A program made the position numbers and the translations under genes. A stretch of 64,000 bases of DNA from a bacterium (GTDB lineage Bacteria > Patescibacteriota > Microgenomatia > UBA10105 > UBA927), in NCBI GenBank assembly GCA_021817785.1, contig JAKAFY010000006.1:2067-66066 (forward strand), given 5' to 3'. Below are positions 48,408 to 58,970 of the stretch, piece by piece (position 1 is the stretch's first letter; every line of letters starts with the position of its first letter). The notes under the pieces are model-generated. The model saw nothing but the letters and a program-made list of their open reading frames with translations. It did no database searches and had not been told where the DNA came from.

Positions 48408-49514
48408 ATGCGAGGACAAAGACATTCAACGGTAATGATTGTCTATTCTGACCTTGGAATAGGGGGGGTACAACGAAAAATTGTCGATATCGTAAACCGT
48501 CTCCATGAGCTACCACAATACCGCTCTTATACAGTAACGATCCTTCTTGAACGTGTGGGTGCAAACACCATGATAATGAATCTTCGTAATCCGAATGTAA
48601 CAATTCATGTAAAGCCGTTTGTGTTCATTCCGTTTTGGATGCATATTGCGTATTTTGCTCTTATAACGGACTCCGTGTGTATTCTTTCCTTCCTTGCGTT
48701 TCCTGCTGTCCATGTTTTTAAAGCAACACGGGTGTTATTCTGGAAAAAATTTCGAGTGATCCACAGTGAAGATGTGATCACAAGCCATGCATACAGACGG
48801 AATGATTTTACGGGGAAAATAAATTCTCAAATTCATGATGCACTCTCACGGGGAGATCAGATTATCGTCCCTTCTCGTCCCATCGCAGAGGACCTTATAC
48901 GAAGCTATCACATTGACCGTAAACGCATAACCCTCATTCCGAACTGGACCACAATATCCAGTTCCCAAGCGAAAGAACGGCACAAAACGATTGATTGTGT
49001 ATACGTTGGTCGATTTGATAAAGAAAAGCGTCTCCCGCTACTTATCTCTGCCATACGCCACATATCCCGCGTGTCCCTGATATCCTGCGTGCTCATCGGG
49101 GACGGAAAGGAAAAAAGTAAAATACAATCCATGATACATGCTTTACACCTGCACCAACGCGTGCATATTCACCGTCCCACCATGCGTATCGTAACCGAAC
49201 TTCAACGCGCGAGACTGGCACTTTATGCGTCTCAAAGCGAGGGGGTCCCCATGTTTTTCCTGGAAGCCATGGCAATGGGACTTCCGATCGTCACAATGGA
49301 TTTCCCGGGCGTAAAAGATATTGTCAAACATGGAAAAACGGGGTATGTTTGTACATCAGAACGCCAATTGGCCGAAAAAATACAAACGCTGCTCCAGAAT
49401 AATCACCTCCGCAAGAGCATGGGTGCATATGGACAGCGCGTGGCACGAGTCCGCTATACAGCCGCAAACATCGACCGATATCTCGCGGAGATGTTTATTC
49501 CGGCCCGACCATGA
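48408..49514 (+). CDS. Glycosyltransferase family 4
   Basis: GGVQR, VGRFDKEK and SEGVPMFFLEAMAMGLP. Confidence 0.9.
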   Translation: MRGQRHSTVMIVYSDLGIGGVQRKIVDIVNRLHELPQYRSYTVTILLERVGANTMIMNLRNPNVTIHVKPFVFIPFWMHIAYFALITDSVCILSFLAFPAVHVFKATRVLFWKKFRVIHSEDVITSHAYRRNDFTGKINSQIHDALSRGDQIIVPSRPIAEDLIRSYHIDRKRITLIPNWTTISSSQAKERHKTIDCVYVGRFDKEKRLPLLISAIRHISRVSLISCVLIGDGKEKSKIQSMIHALHLHQRVHIHRPTMRIVTELQRARLALYASQSEGVPMFFLEAMAMGLPIVTMDFPGVKDIVKHGKTGYVCTSERQLAEKIQTLLQNNHLRKSMGAYGQRVARVRYTAANIDRYLAEMFIPARP

Positions 49515-50614
49515 AGACAAGACTCCCATCTGTTACGACCGTCATGGTGATTTTTTGGAATCTTGGCATGGGAGGCGTCCAGCAGAAAATGATGGATTTC
49601 TCATGGGTTGCGGCACAGGAACCGTCACCGGAAATATGGTTTCATTATGTTCTGCGTGACCGGCCAAAATTCCGTCTCGATCGTGAAATCAATCTAAAAC
49701 AAACCGTTCTTCATTATCGTCCGGGCATACAAAATGGGATATTCCACATGCCGTTTTCTCTTTTCGTTCTTTGGCAGGCGTATATACTGCGCCCCGCCGT
49801 ACTCCTTGCATTTTTAGATCACGCTTCGTTTCTTGCCATCCTCTCTGCCAAAATATTGTTTTGGCGGCGTATACGGGTCGTATTAAACGAGGACACGTTT
49901 ACGTCTCAATTCACGACATCATGGCTGAAACGAAAGTTCATTTCCGCATTGTACCCTTGCGCAGACATAATCATGTCACCGACCAACGCTTCAAAAAAGG
50001 ATCTTGTGCGCATCTTTCGTATTCCTTCTGAGAAGATAACCATCATGCCGAACTGGACTCTTCAAAAAGAGCAAAAACCGATGGTACGGAAATATGATTT
50101 CCTCTATATCGGACGGTTTGCCAAACAAAAAAATTTATTCTTCCTGCTGGACGTACTAAGCGATCTTATAAAATATGACGCGAGTATATCCCTCTGTCTT
50201 GTGGGGGATGGGCCGGAAAAAAATGTATTAATAAATGAAGTGCGCGCACGACATCTGTCCCGAAACGTTACTATTCGCCCTCCAAGCAACCAAATTTCAT
50301 CATATATGAGACAATCGAGGATTTTTGTCCTTTCGTCGCATTATGAGGGCATGCCCGTAGCTCTTCTGGAGGCGATGGCTATGGGGCTTCCTGTCATCAG
50401 TCGTTCGTATCCCGGCATATCCGAATACCTGACACACGGAAAAACAGGGCTCATCGCACGAACTAAACGGGAATTTGTACACCATGCGCGATATTTGCTT
50501 GATCACCCCAGGACACGCGCGGCATTTCAAAAACGCGGCATTCGGGATATCCGTAACCGATTTTCATACAACACGCTGCAAAAATATATAGAGACGATGC
50601 TACAAAACTCCTGA
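49511..50614 (+). CDS. Glycosyltransferase family 4 (paralogue of the upstream gene)
   Basis: GGVQQ, IGRFAKQK and YEGMPVALLEAMAMGLP. Confidence 0.9.
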   Translation: MKTRLPSVTTVMVIFWNLGMGGVQQKMMDFSWVAAQEPSPEIWFHYVLRDRPKFRLDREINLKQTVLHYRPGIQNGIFHMPFSLFVLWQAYILRPAVLLAFLDHASFLAILSAKILFWRRIRVVLNEDTFTSQFTTSWLKRKFISALYPCADIIMSPTNASKKDLVRIFRIPSEKITIMPNWTLQKEQKPMVRKYDFLYIGRFAKQKNLFFLLDVLSDLIKYDASISLCLVGDGPEKNVLINEVRARHLSRNVTIRPPSNQISSYMRQSRIFVLSSHYEGMPVALLEAMAMGLPVISRSYPGISEYLTHGKTGLIARTKREFVHHARYLLDHPRTRAAFQKRGIRDIRNRFSYNTLQKYIETMLQNS

Positions 50615-51364
50615 AAACATATCGTGCACAAATTGTTTGGCTATACGCCAGACAAACTGTGCGTTCATTACCGTATACCGGTACCACAATCGCCTCGGCT
50701 CCTGAATAAACCGGTAGATCCATTCTGTTCCGCTCATTTGCATCCACAATGGGGCTTCTTTTTTCCAACCGCTTATAAAATCAAACGTCGACCCGACCCC
50801 CATACAGACTGCCGGAGGCAGCCGGTGACGGTTTGCGAGTATCCATCGTTCCTGATGCGGACACCCGAGCCCTATAAGGATAATATCCGGCCTTGTCAGC
50901 CATATGTCACGGATAATGCGGCGGTTGTCCGATATGGATATCGGCCTATCGGGAGTCTCCCAAACACCCACAATCGCTATCCCAGGGTATAACCGCATCA
51001 ATGCGGAAAGAATATCCTTGGACTGCCCCTGCTGTCCACCGAGAAGAAAGATAGTGAGATGACGTGCGACTGCGCGTTCGCATAATTTCCGTACTAACGT
51101 AGTACCATACACCCGGGTTGTCATTTTGCCATACAGCCGTCCAAGCCACACAAGCGGCATCCCGTCACACACAATGAGACCGGCGGTATTGACCCCTTTA
51201 AGAAGCCTCATATCACGCTGATAGGACATTAACGCGTATGCATTCACAAAACAGACAAAGGTGCTCTCTTTTCTTTTAATCCACCGCAAAATCGTTTGGA
51301 TCGCACCATCGTAATCCGTAACGTGAATGTTGGTCCCTAAAACGAGTAGTCGTTCATTTTCCAT
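50600..51364 (-). CDS. WecB/TagA/CpsF (GT26) glycosyltransferase
   Basis: CDGMPLVW, RVYG, GLGCPHQE, GVGSTFDF and EWIYRFIQEPRRLWYRY. Confidence 0.93.
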   Translation of the reverse strand: MENERLLVLGTNIHVTDYDGAIQTILRWIKRKESTFVCFVNAYALMSYQRDMRLLKGVNTAGLIVCDGMPLVWLGRLYGKMTTRVYGTTLVRKLCERAVARHLTIFLLGGQQGQSKDILSALMRLYPGIAIVGVWETPDRPISISDNRRIIRDIWLTRPDIILIGLGCPHQERWILANRHRLPPAVCMGVGSTFDFISGWKKEAPLWMQMSGTEWIYRFIQEPRRLWYRYTVMNAQFVWRIAKQFVHDMFSGVL

Positions 51365-51378
51365 AGTCAGGCTGTTCC

Positions 51379-52491
51379 CTAATGATGCACTCTGGGGGTG
51401 CGCTCAACATACACATTTTTGTATTGCCGAAACATGCGCTCTCTTGTATAACGCAAGCGCGCAGTACGAATCGCTCTCTGCCCCATGCGACAGCGTAGTG
51501 ACTTAGACACCAAGAGTCGTCTGATCGCGTTCGTAAGCAATATGGGACGCTTCAACGGGACCACTATTCCTTCAGCGCCGTTTCGGACAACCTCCGTGTT
51601 CGCTTCTATGTTGCTGACAATGCAGGGTAATCCTGCCCGCATGGCCTCCAGAAGCGCAAGAGACATGCCCTCGTCCAAAGACGGAAGCACAAACATATCT
51701 GCCAATCCGAAATATCCACCGGTGGGTTGATGCTCCTGAATCATCACCCGATGATCTAATCCTAACATGCAAATAGTGCGCTGAACCTCATTCTTTTGCG
51801 GCCCATCGCCCACCAGGATGCAATAATACGATTCATGTATGTCTGCAAGCGCTGAAAGTAAATATGGGATATTTTTCCGGGGGATAAATTTCCCAACGTA
51901 CAATACGATGGGGATATGCGGCGACAATCCGAGTGCTGTTCGTAGTTGCTTGGTTTCATTGGCATTCTTCTGTTGGGTGACTCCGTTTGCGATACACGCA
52001 ATTTTATACTGAGGCACGCCAAGACGTGTTGCCAACTTCACCTGAATATGTCGGGCCACACAGATATTTATGTCTACCATATGACAGGATAGTACGTACA
52101 CAATGTTTTTCAGGAATGAATAAGGCTGTTTTTCCCCGAACAAATAATTATGCCGGACGGCAATATGTATTGGTCGGCAAAAAGGGCGGATTAGGAGCCT
52201 GCTTAGAAAAGCGGCGGCATCGCTTTTCAGTGCAGGAGTCTGGATGATATTAATGCGCTCCCGCACAAGCAATCCGGCAATACGGAATATGTCCAGCACC
52301 ATGATTCCGCTTGAGGCATAAAATCGATTGCCAAAACTACGACGGAAGTGTGCCGTCTGAGTTCCGGTGACTTTCAAGCTGTATCCATATACCCGGAATT
52401 CCGATCGGGAAAGTGACGCCGCAAGCTGAACGGCGAGCATATCGAAAGAGACGTCATCATGCTCATTTACGATGAAGAGTATCGATTTCAT
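51379..52491 (-). CDS. Glycosyltransferase family 4
   Basis: IANGV, GDGP and PSLDEGMSLALLEAMRAGLP. Confidence 0.9.
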   Translation of the reverse strand: MKSILFIVNEHDDVSFDMLAVQLAASLSRSEFRVYGYSLKVTGTQTAHFRRSFGNRFYASSGIMVLDIFRIAGLLVRERINIIQTPALKSDAAAFLSRLLIRPFCRPIHIAVRHNYLFGEKQPYSFLKNIVYVLSCHMVDINICVARHIQVKLATRLGVPQYKIACIANGVTQQKNANETKQLRTALGLSPHIPIVLYVGKFIPRKNIPYLLSALADIHESYYCILVGDGPQKNEVQRTICMLGLDHRVMIQEHQPTGGYFGLADMFVLPSLDEGMSLALLEAMRAGLPCIVSNIEANTEVVRNGAEGIVVPLKRPILLTNAIRRLLVSKSLRCRMGQRAIRTARLRYTRERMFRQYKNVYVERTPRVHH

Positions 52492-52502
52492 ACAAATACT
52501 AT

Positions 52503-53492
52503 TTATCGAGATGGAACAAAATTCCAGCGGCGGTTTGTCGTTATTTCATGAAAAAGAACATCCGCGTACATACGGTGGGCGAGCGCGGACGGATGTTCTT
52601 CGAGGGAAGATACGTGGAAATATCTATCGGTATCCGAAAAATACTTTCCATACACCGGAGAATTTCTCGCGAGAGATGAAGAAAGTATATACAATCCGTC
52701 CCGCGCCAATGCCGTTTCATATATATGCGTGGTTGTATCTATATTGAAATAATCATCTGGGATAAAATATATCGCACGATCCTTTGGATAGGCGGCCGCG
52801 ACAATATTCAAAACACATATATTTGACGGGTTTGCATATGCTTCACGTATTTTTCGATTGTAATACTTCATTCCTTTATTCCAGTCGGCCGGACCAACAC
52901 CAGATACGGCATGACCCGTGGTTTGTTCGCAGGGTGTGATAAGCATGTCATATATCTTTTGATCATAATCGCGCCGCAAATTCAGCATAACGTCGTTGTT
53001 TACCGGTACAAAAATATATAAATCTATATGTTTATCACGTAAATATAGATATTTTGAATAATTTTCCACCATATCATCACCGGGTGAGGCGAGAGAAAGC
53101 ACTCGCGTTTTCCTCACTGCATTCAGCTTCCTCTCAAGCACCTGAGACACGGAATTTGAAAATAACACACCCTGACCCCACACATAGGAATCACCAATCA
53201 TGGCAATCGTAAACGTATGCGGGCGTGTATCGTTTTGAAGAGCTCTATACTCGGATGGGATACCGGACAGAAGTGATCGGTCGAATAATGGAATTACGTC
53301 CCAAGCCCTTCTCCCAAAATCAGTAAGCTCGGTATGTCCTCCGGGTATCCAATACCCGTATTCCGTACTTTTATAGTAAATCACTGTATCAAAAAAATAT
53401 GTTACACATACATAATATGCGAGTCGGCAGGCAATAATACTGGATACCAATATCAGTACCGTGCGCGTTACGCATTTCAGATATGTATTCAT
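52503..53492 (-). CDS. SGNH/GDSL hydrolase-family protein, membrane-anchored
   Basis: IGDSYVWG, NND and EEHPSALAH. Confidence 0.8.
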   Translation of the reverse strand: MNTYLKCVTRTVLILVSSIIACRLAYYVCVTYFFDTVIYYKSTEYGYWIPGGHTELTDFGRRAWDVIPLFDRSLLSGIPSEYRALQNDTRPHTFTIAMIGDSYVWGQGVLFSNSVSQVLERKLNAVRKTRVLSLASPGDDMVENYSKYLYLRDKHIDLYIFVPVNNDVMLNLRRDYDQKIYDMLITPCEQTTGHAVSGVGPADWNKGMKYYNRKIREAYANPSNICVLNIVAAAYPKDRAIYFIPDDYFNIDTTTHIYETALARDGLYILSSSLARNSPVYGKYFSDTDRYFHVSSLEEHPSALAHRMYADVLFHEITTNRRWNFVPSR

Positions 53493-53522
53493 ATAAACTT
53501 GTATAAATAGCTATAGACACGT

Positions 53523-54542
53523 TCAAAGGGAGCGGATATATCGCATCAGCAACCGCGCCCTGTCATCAATAGACGCATATTTGCGCGCGTACCGTAGTCC
53601 GCGTTCGGCAATTTGTCTTCTTTCCTCCGGGTGTGCCAAATAATAGTCTATCTGCCGAATCATGTTACTACCGCCCCGAGTCACAACGACGCATTTCTTA
53701 AGTTCCGTGTCTTCTGACGGAATGTGATCGGTCATAAGAAACCCCCCGCATGCAAGCACCTCAAGAGTACGCAGGGTAATAACATCCCAATCGACAGTAT
53801 CTTTTGTCGCATAATTTATGTTAATTTTTGCAGAACTATAAAGAGGCGGGAGTTCGCGTTGAGGTATCTTGCCCCTGCATATAAAATATAAATCCATAAC
53901 CGACCTGCGGGCCTTATGACGCACTTTCCAATTCCTGAACGAATACCTCCAGTTATGCAGAAAAGGGGCTATTTCCTGTATATAATCAGGATGAGGCGCG
54001 TCGCTCCATTTCCCGAATAACCCGAAGTTATATCGCATAAGGGGCAGTAAATATGTAATTGTCCTCGCGGCTTCTTTAAAATCATTCCCTACAAATGTAA
54101 CATCAAACATATATTTCTTTTGTGGCTTTTGGGGTGAATATTGAAGAGTGTCTACCCCAAACGGTAAAAATGCCCCTCCATATCCATCTGACATCTGACG
54201 CTTTTGTAGCTTTTTTGATATAAATATATATCCGTCATACCGGTATTTACGCAGGTATTTTAGTTTTTTATAAGATCCTTCAAAATATGGGTTTTGAAGA
54301 TATAGGACATGTTTCGCTGCCCATTGAGCAACAGGCCGTGAATCGTTTACATAAATCATCACATCGACTGATTTTGTCGGTAAGTAATTCGGAGCGTATA
54401 ACGTGGCATCAACTCCGCATGTTTTTTTTAAGCTCGCGCAGAGGGATTCTATGTATATTTCATCACCTAATACGATAGCGTTTGCGTTCTGCAATGAATA
54501 TTTGGGCCATTTCATATAGAATCCGATCCGGAGTGTAGACAT
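53523..54542 (-). CDS. Glycosyltransferase GT-B (CgeB-like)
   Basis: FLPFGVD, FVGN, YSSAKININ and RTLEVLACGGFLMTD. Confidence 0.85.
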   Translation of the reverse strand: MSTLRIGFYMKWPKYSLQNANAIVLGDEIYIESLCASLKKTCGVDATLYAPNYLPTKSVDVMIYVNDSRPVAQWAAKHVLYLQNPYFEGSYKKLKYLRKYRYDGYIFISKKLQKRQMSDGYGGAFLPFGVDTLQYSPQKPQKKYMFDVTFVGNDFKEAARTITYLLPLMRYNFGLFGKWSDAPHPDYIQEIAPFLHNWRYSFRNWKVRHKARRSVMDLYFICRGKIPQRELPPLYSSAKININYATKDTVDWDVITLRTLEVLACGGFLMTDHIPSEDTELKKCVVVTRGGSNMIRQIDYYLAHPEERRQIAERGLRYARKYASIDDRARLLMRYIRSL

Positions 54543-54702
54543 GATAGTCTGATGAGGTTCTTAATACGTCATCATTTAGCGCAAGATACGAAATATATTG
54601 TTTGTATTTCTATATATCAACTCACCCGGAATATGGTGTGTCACATGTGCCGTGTAAGCGGATCTTTATGTGATGTATTATATTTTTTATCATAATGAAT
54701 AG

Positions 54703-55944
54703 CTAGACACGCATTATATTTTTCTCCATATATAAGCGGATTATTTTAACATGGTTTCTCCAGGAGTTCCGTTTCAAAAATGCCGTGGGGATTGGCGTTT
54801 GCCGTGTTCGCCGTTGCTTTAATGCGGCGCGCGCGCAACGCAAGTATTCATGCGTCGTTTTACCAACCCAGACAAGGGGCTTCATGATGCGGATCATTTC
54901 GATATCCGTGCTCACGACGGGGATACCAGCAGCAATATACTCATACACCTTTATGGGATTCGATCCACACACAAACCTCTGTGATGGATCATACAATACT
55001 AAGCCTACATCCAGAGACCGAAGTAGCGAATATATACGCCCGTGAGAAACCTCCGGGACATAATAAACATTCGGTAATGCCAATATTCGAAATAGGTTCT
55101 CATAAAATGCGTACATAACCCCCTGACGAGGAGAAAACTCATGTATTCTTCCGACTAGAATTATGTTCCACCGGGGACATTGCCTGGCCATCTTGTAGAT
55201 AAGCCGAAAATCTAATCTATGGTCTATGGAGCCCACAACACCAAAACGCGGGTGTGGACACGTCGCTTCCAGCATGTCTTCGTCTTGCGTTTTATAAATC
55301 GGTTCATGTTCATCTGCTCCCCAAGGGGCCAATAGGACGTTTTTTGAAAATCGGTGTACGTATCGGTAACTCAATCGGGAATTTACAACAACGAGGGATG
55401 AGACCCCAATCAATTGCCTGTCCGACTGTTGTATGCTAGCATTTTCCCTTCTGTCCGCAGACGCAACATGGTCAGGTCGATCATACACCCGCAGTCGTCC
55501 AAACTTCCTATACTCAGGGAATCGGATGGCATCATACGCAAAATACCAAACGATTGGGCGATGCAGACCAAACCGCAAGAAATATATTGTGCGAAATAAT
55601 ATGTACGTGACTTTCGTATTTAAATCCCGTATACATCCGAAGCGTTGAAGGGGTAATACAATCGTGGGGATATATACCACTGACCGGTCATAAAAGGGCC
55701 GCAGATACTCACGACGTGCATTACTATCGTGAATTAAAGTACGCCATGAATATGAAACAAACGGGTTATGGATAACTACCGTTGAATTGAGGGCTAATTC
55801 ATGACTTATCGCACGAACATACCCACAGGAATAATCCCATGAATCCTGAAATAATATGAGGACAATATCCTGCGTAAAGACCTCCGTAAAAACCCTATCG
55901 CCATCATGAGCATGCAGTATATCAAAACAGCTTGTACTGAACAA
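54703..55944 (-). CDS. Glycosyltransferase GT-B (TuaH-like), start uncertain
   Basis: VYDRPDH, VGSIDHRLDF and PIKVYEYIAAGIPVVST. Confidence 0.8.
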   Translation of the reverse strand: MFSTSCFDILHAHDGDRVFTEVFTQDIVLILFQDSWDYSCGYVRAISHELALNSTVVIHNPFVSYSWRTLIHDSNARREYLRPFYDRSVVYIPTIVLPLQRFGCIRDLNTKVTYILFRTIYFLRFGLHRPIVWYFAYDAIRFPEYRKFGRLRVYDRPDHVASADRRENASIQQSDRQLIGVSSLVVVNSRLSYRYVHRFSKNVLLAPWGADEHEPIYKTQDEDMLEATCPHPRFGVVGSIDHRLDFRLIYKMARQCPRWNIILVGRIHEFSPRQGVMYAFYENLFRILALPNVYYVPEVSHGRIYSLLRSLDVGLVLYDPSQRFVCGSNPIKVYEYIAAGIPVVSTDIEMIRIMKPLVWVGKTTHEYLRCARAALKQRRTRQTPIPTAFLKRNSWRNHVKIIRLYMEKNIMRV

Positions 55945-56007
55945 TTTCTGTTCAGAGACATCGAGATGGTGCCAATCGGATATGTAGGCGCGATGTTCTC
56001 AGGTCGT

Positions 56008-57195
56008 TTATCTTCGTTTTTTGATGTGCGTCAGCCGCATAATACGGGAAACCTTTCTTCTCCAACTATTCTCTGAAGCTATGCGCCGCTGTTGTTTTAT
56101 ATATGTTATTGGCCACTGCACCAGGGAATAACGGGAGAGAATCTCCCTCCATCCGCGCACGGAATTGCTGCATTGTACGAACGGAGAGTACTTTTTTAGT
56201 GAAGGTATATCAGTGGACACAACCGGTTTGCCCGAGTAAAAATACTCAAATATTTTCATTGGATAACAGAATTGATTAAATTCCTGACGTGTATCGTACG
56301 GAACCATGCAGATAGCAAACAGGTTAAGAATAGCGGGGATATATTTCTGCTGAACACTCATTTGTAAAAAAAATACGTTTGGTAAGCGTGATAAATCTTC
56401 TACCAGTTTTGCCGTCGTACCCACTTTCAGGCCTACATGTTTATCCTGATCTGTTTGATCCGGTCCGACAAATACAAAATTATGATGTAAACATTTTTGA
56501 GCAACCCCCTTCACTAAGGCAAAATCGATTCTATGGTTGATGCCACCCACAAATCCGATTATGGGTTTCTGACTCAGCTCTTTAAATTGCTTCTGTAATG
56601 AATAGGGAAGTGGTAACGGGTGAATAAATTCATCGCGCCGAAACCCCTGAGGAACCAACGTTACATTTGGCGCGATGCTCGATACGTGATCTACGACTTT
56701 GGGTGAAATCGCCACCACCAAATCGCATGATCGAACGAGTAATTGTTCTCGGGAACGCATTTCCGCAGAAAGGATAAATTCCGACGCTGGAAAATAGTCT
56801 ACGACGTCATAAATCGAAAAATAATGTATTTTGAGGAGCTTGAATATGTCAAAATCGTACGGGTGAAAAAGCCATAAATATCTTTTATGAATGCGACCGC
56901 ACCATTGCATTACGTAGCTGACCATCGTAATAACATAGATATTCAATATAATATTTGCGGCATGGAACTTGGGAAGCGTACCCAATTCAAAGAGACTTAC
57001 CGGCTTAATAAAATAAAATCCGTATGGAGATTTGGTAACTGGAGATACTCCGAATAATAAATCGCGCAGAGTGACAGTCTCATTGATCAGAAAACACACA
57101 ACGAAATTTGACTCAGCAAGAATACGACCGGTTTCTTCCACAAAATTACATATTTCATCGCGCTTATCTCTAAAAATTAACAGATAAAAATCCAT
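56008..57195 (-). CDS. Glycosyltransferase GT-B (TuaH-like)
   Basis: IYDVVDY, IGFVGGINHRIDF and YPMKIFEYFYSGKPVVST. Confidence 0.85.
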   Translation of the reverse strand: MDFYLLIFRDKRDEICNFVEETGRILAESNFVVCFLINETVTLRDLLFGVSPVTKSPYGFYFIKPVSLFELGTLPKFHAANIILNIYVITMVSYVMQWCGRIHKRYLWLFHPYDFDIFKLLKIHYFSIYDVVDYFPASEFILSAEMRSREQLLVRSCDLVVAISPKVVDHVSSIAPNVTLVPQGFRRDEFIHPLPLPYSLQKQFKELSQKPIIGFVGGINHRIDFALVKGVAQKCLHHNFVFVGPDQTDQDKHVGLKVGTTAKLVEDLSRLPNVFFLQMSVQQKYIPAILNLFAICMVPYDTRQEFNQFCYPMKIFEYFYSGKPVVSTDIPSLKKYSPFVQCSNSVRGWREILSRYSLVQWPITYIKQQRRIASENSWRRKVSRIMRLTHIKKRR

Positions 57196-57371
57196 AACCT
57201 ATGTAATGTAGGAATATGCTACAAAATACATACGACCGCAATATGTCGGTATGTAGCTTTCTGCTCATCAGTCTTCCATACATTATATCGTCTTTCAGAA
57301 GGCGTGGCGCGGATACTTTATACATGGGAATGCGTACTAAAAACGGGGTGCAGTGAAGAAGCTATATACAA

Positions 57372-58082
57372 TTATGGTTCCAACACTATTTCTTTATAGT
57401 GCCTATTGTTAGGATATATGAACGGAATTTGTGTCGTGTAACAGGCTAATAATTCTTCCTTATTCTTTTGGAAGGGAATCACCGATCGCCGCAAAGACAA
57501 TAAAAGGATGATATTCCGCACCGTCCAGTTAAATAGGGATAATGCATAAGGATAGTCCGCATAATATCCGACTTTCTCTTTCGGAAACACGGCCTCCGCC
57601 GCCAGACGCACTAATACGTGGTCTATGTGTCCGCCTATGCCCAACGGAATCAGAATTCTGTCGCATCGAAGATACTGCGCAAGGCTGTTTTCTATTTTAC
57701 GTAATAGCGCCATATCAGAAGAAGAGATCTTTCCTGAAAATAGCTGTTTGAATTTTGGATAGATCAGCTTATTTTTATACGTTCTGAATCCGCCGTCTGT
57801 ATATGACAAATGCTGCCACTGTACACCAAGAAGTCGCATCGCAGCTTTGTCCTCATTCCTTCGCTTTGTTTCAAACTCCCGGGGTGAAGAAAAAGATATC
57901 CCGGTGTATCTTCGTACATCCCGTGAAAGTGTGCTGGTGCGGAACGTGGTAAATAGCGTTACTATTTTTATCGCATACCCCTGCGACTTCCACATCTGTA
58001 TATGATTTGCTACGTCTAATACAGCATCGTCAAGATGCGGAGATAATACGATTATATATGGCGTCGTATCAACAGTTTTCAT
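57372..58082 (-). CDS. PIG-L/LmbE family deacetylase 1
   Basis: LSPHLDDAV, RRNED, GGHIDH and YADYPY. Start placed at MKTVDT. Confidence 0.88.
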   Translation of the reverse strand: MKTVDTTPYIIVLSPHLDDAVLDVANHIQMWKSQGYAIKIVTLFTTFRTSTLSRDVRRYTGISFSSPREFETKRRNEDKAAMRLLGVQWQHLSYTDGGFRTYKNKLIYPKFKQLFSGKISSSDMALLRKIENSLAQYLRCDRILIPLGIGGHIDHVLVRLAAEAVFPKEKVGYYADYPYALSLFNWTVRNIILLLSLRRSVIPFQKNKEELLACYTTQIPFIYPNNRHYKEIVLEP

Positions 58083-58202
58083 ACACATATATACGCACAT
58101 CCAGACGACGAAACATCGAACGCAATCCGCAGTGTACAATATGAACTTCGGTTCTCGATATACCAAGAGACTAATAAGGCTAGGTATACTATAATACCTT
58201 GC

Positions 58203-58970
58203 ATGCAACACGCATATTATCATTATTGGCAGCTGCTCGTTCGCATGGTCCATAAAGAACTGCAGGTGCGCTACAAGCGCACCATCTTTGGGTTTTTATG
58301 GATTATCATCAATCCACTCATTCAAATGGCAGTCATAGGTTTTATTTTCCCTTTTTTCGTAAAAGAACAACTTCCATACTATTTACTATATCTCTTCACG
58401 GGCTTACTCACATGGAATTTTTTTACCTTGTCGCTGGGCAAGGCGACTTCGTCAATTGTATTCGAGACAGCTCTCATCAAAAAGGCGAGGTTTCCCAGGT
58501 CAATTATTCCACTCTCCATTGTTATTTCCAACGTAGTAAATATGCTGATTTCGTTTTTATTACTACTTATTCCAACAGTATATCTTCGTCTGTTTGCCAT
58601 TGTAAGCATCGGATATTTTTTTGTCGGACTCGTGTTATTGATAACATTTACGATAGGACTAAGCCTGTTTAGCTCCGCGCTCAATGTTCGATATAGGGAT
58701 ATCAATTTTTTTGTGCAAGCGCTTCTAATTGTTTGGTTCTATGCAACGCCGATCATGTACCCTATGCGCTTTATTCCTCATGCGTATGCCCCATTATGGT
58801 TTCTTAACCCTATGACGTCTGTCGTACAGCTGTTCCAACACGTATTTGCTTCGTATCCGCTACCGTCACTTCCGCTATTTGTCGTAAATACCATCACTGT
58901 GTTTATTGTCTTGGGTTTCGGCATTTTGACCTTTCGCAGAGAAAGTCAGAATTTTGATGATTGGTTATGA
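58203..58970 (+). CDS. wzm: ABC-2 polysaccharide exporter permease (Wzm) 2
   Basis: Clear paralogue of 36127..36897 (RYKRTIFGFLW, RDINFFVQALL, FDDWL). Confidence 0.92.
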   Translation: MQHAYYHYWQLLVRMVHKELQVRYKRTIFGFLWIIINPLIQMAVIGFIFPFFVKEQLPYYLLYLFTGLLTWNFFTLSLGKATSSIVFETALIKKARFPRSIIPLSIVISNVVNMLISFLLLLIPTVYLRLFAIVSIGYFFVGLVLLITFTIGLSLFSSALNVRYRDINFFVQALLIVWFYATPIMYPMRFIPHAYAPLWFLNPMTSVVQLFQHVFASYPLPSLPLFVVNTITVFIVLGFGILTFRRESQNFDDWL

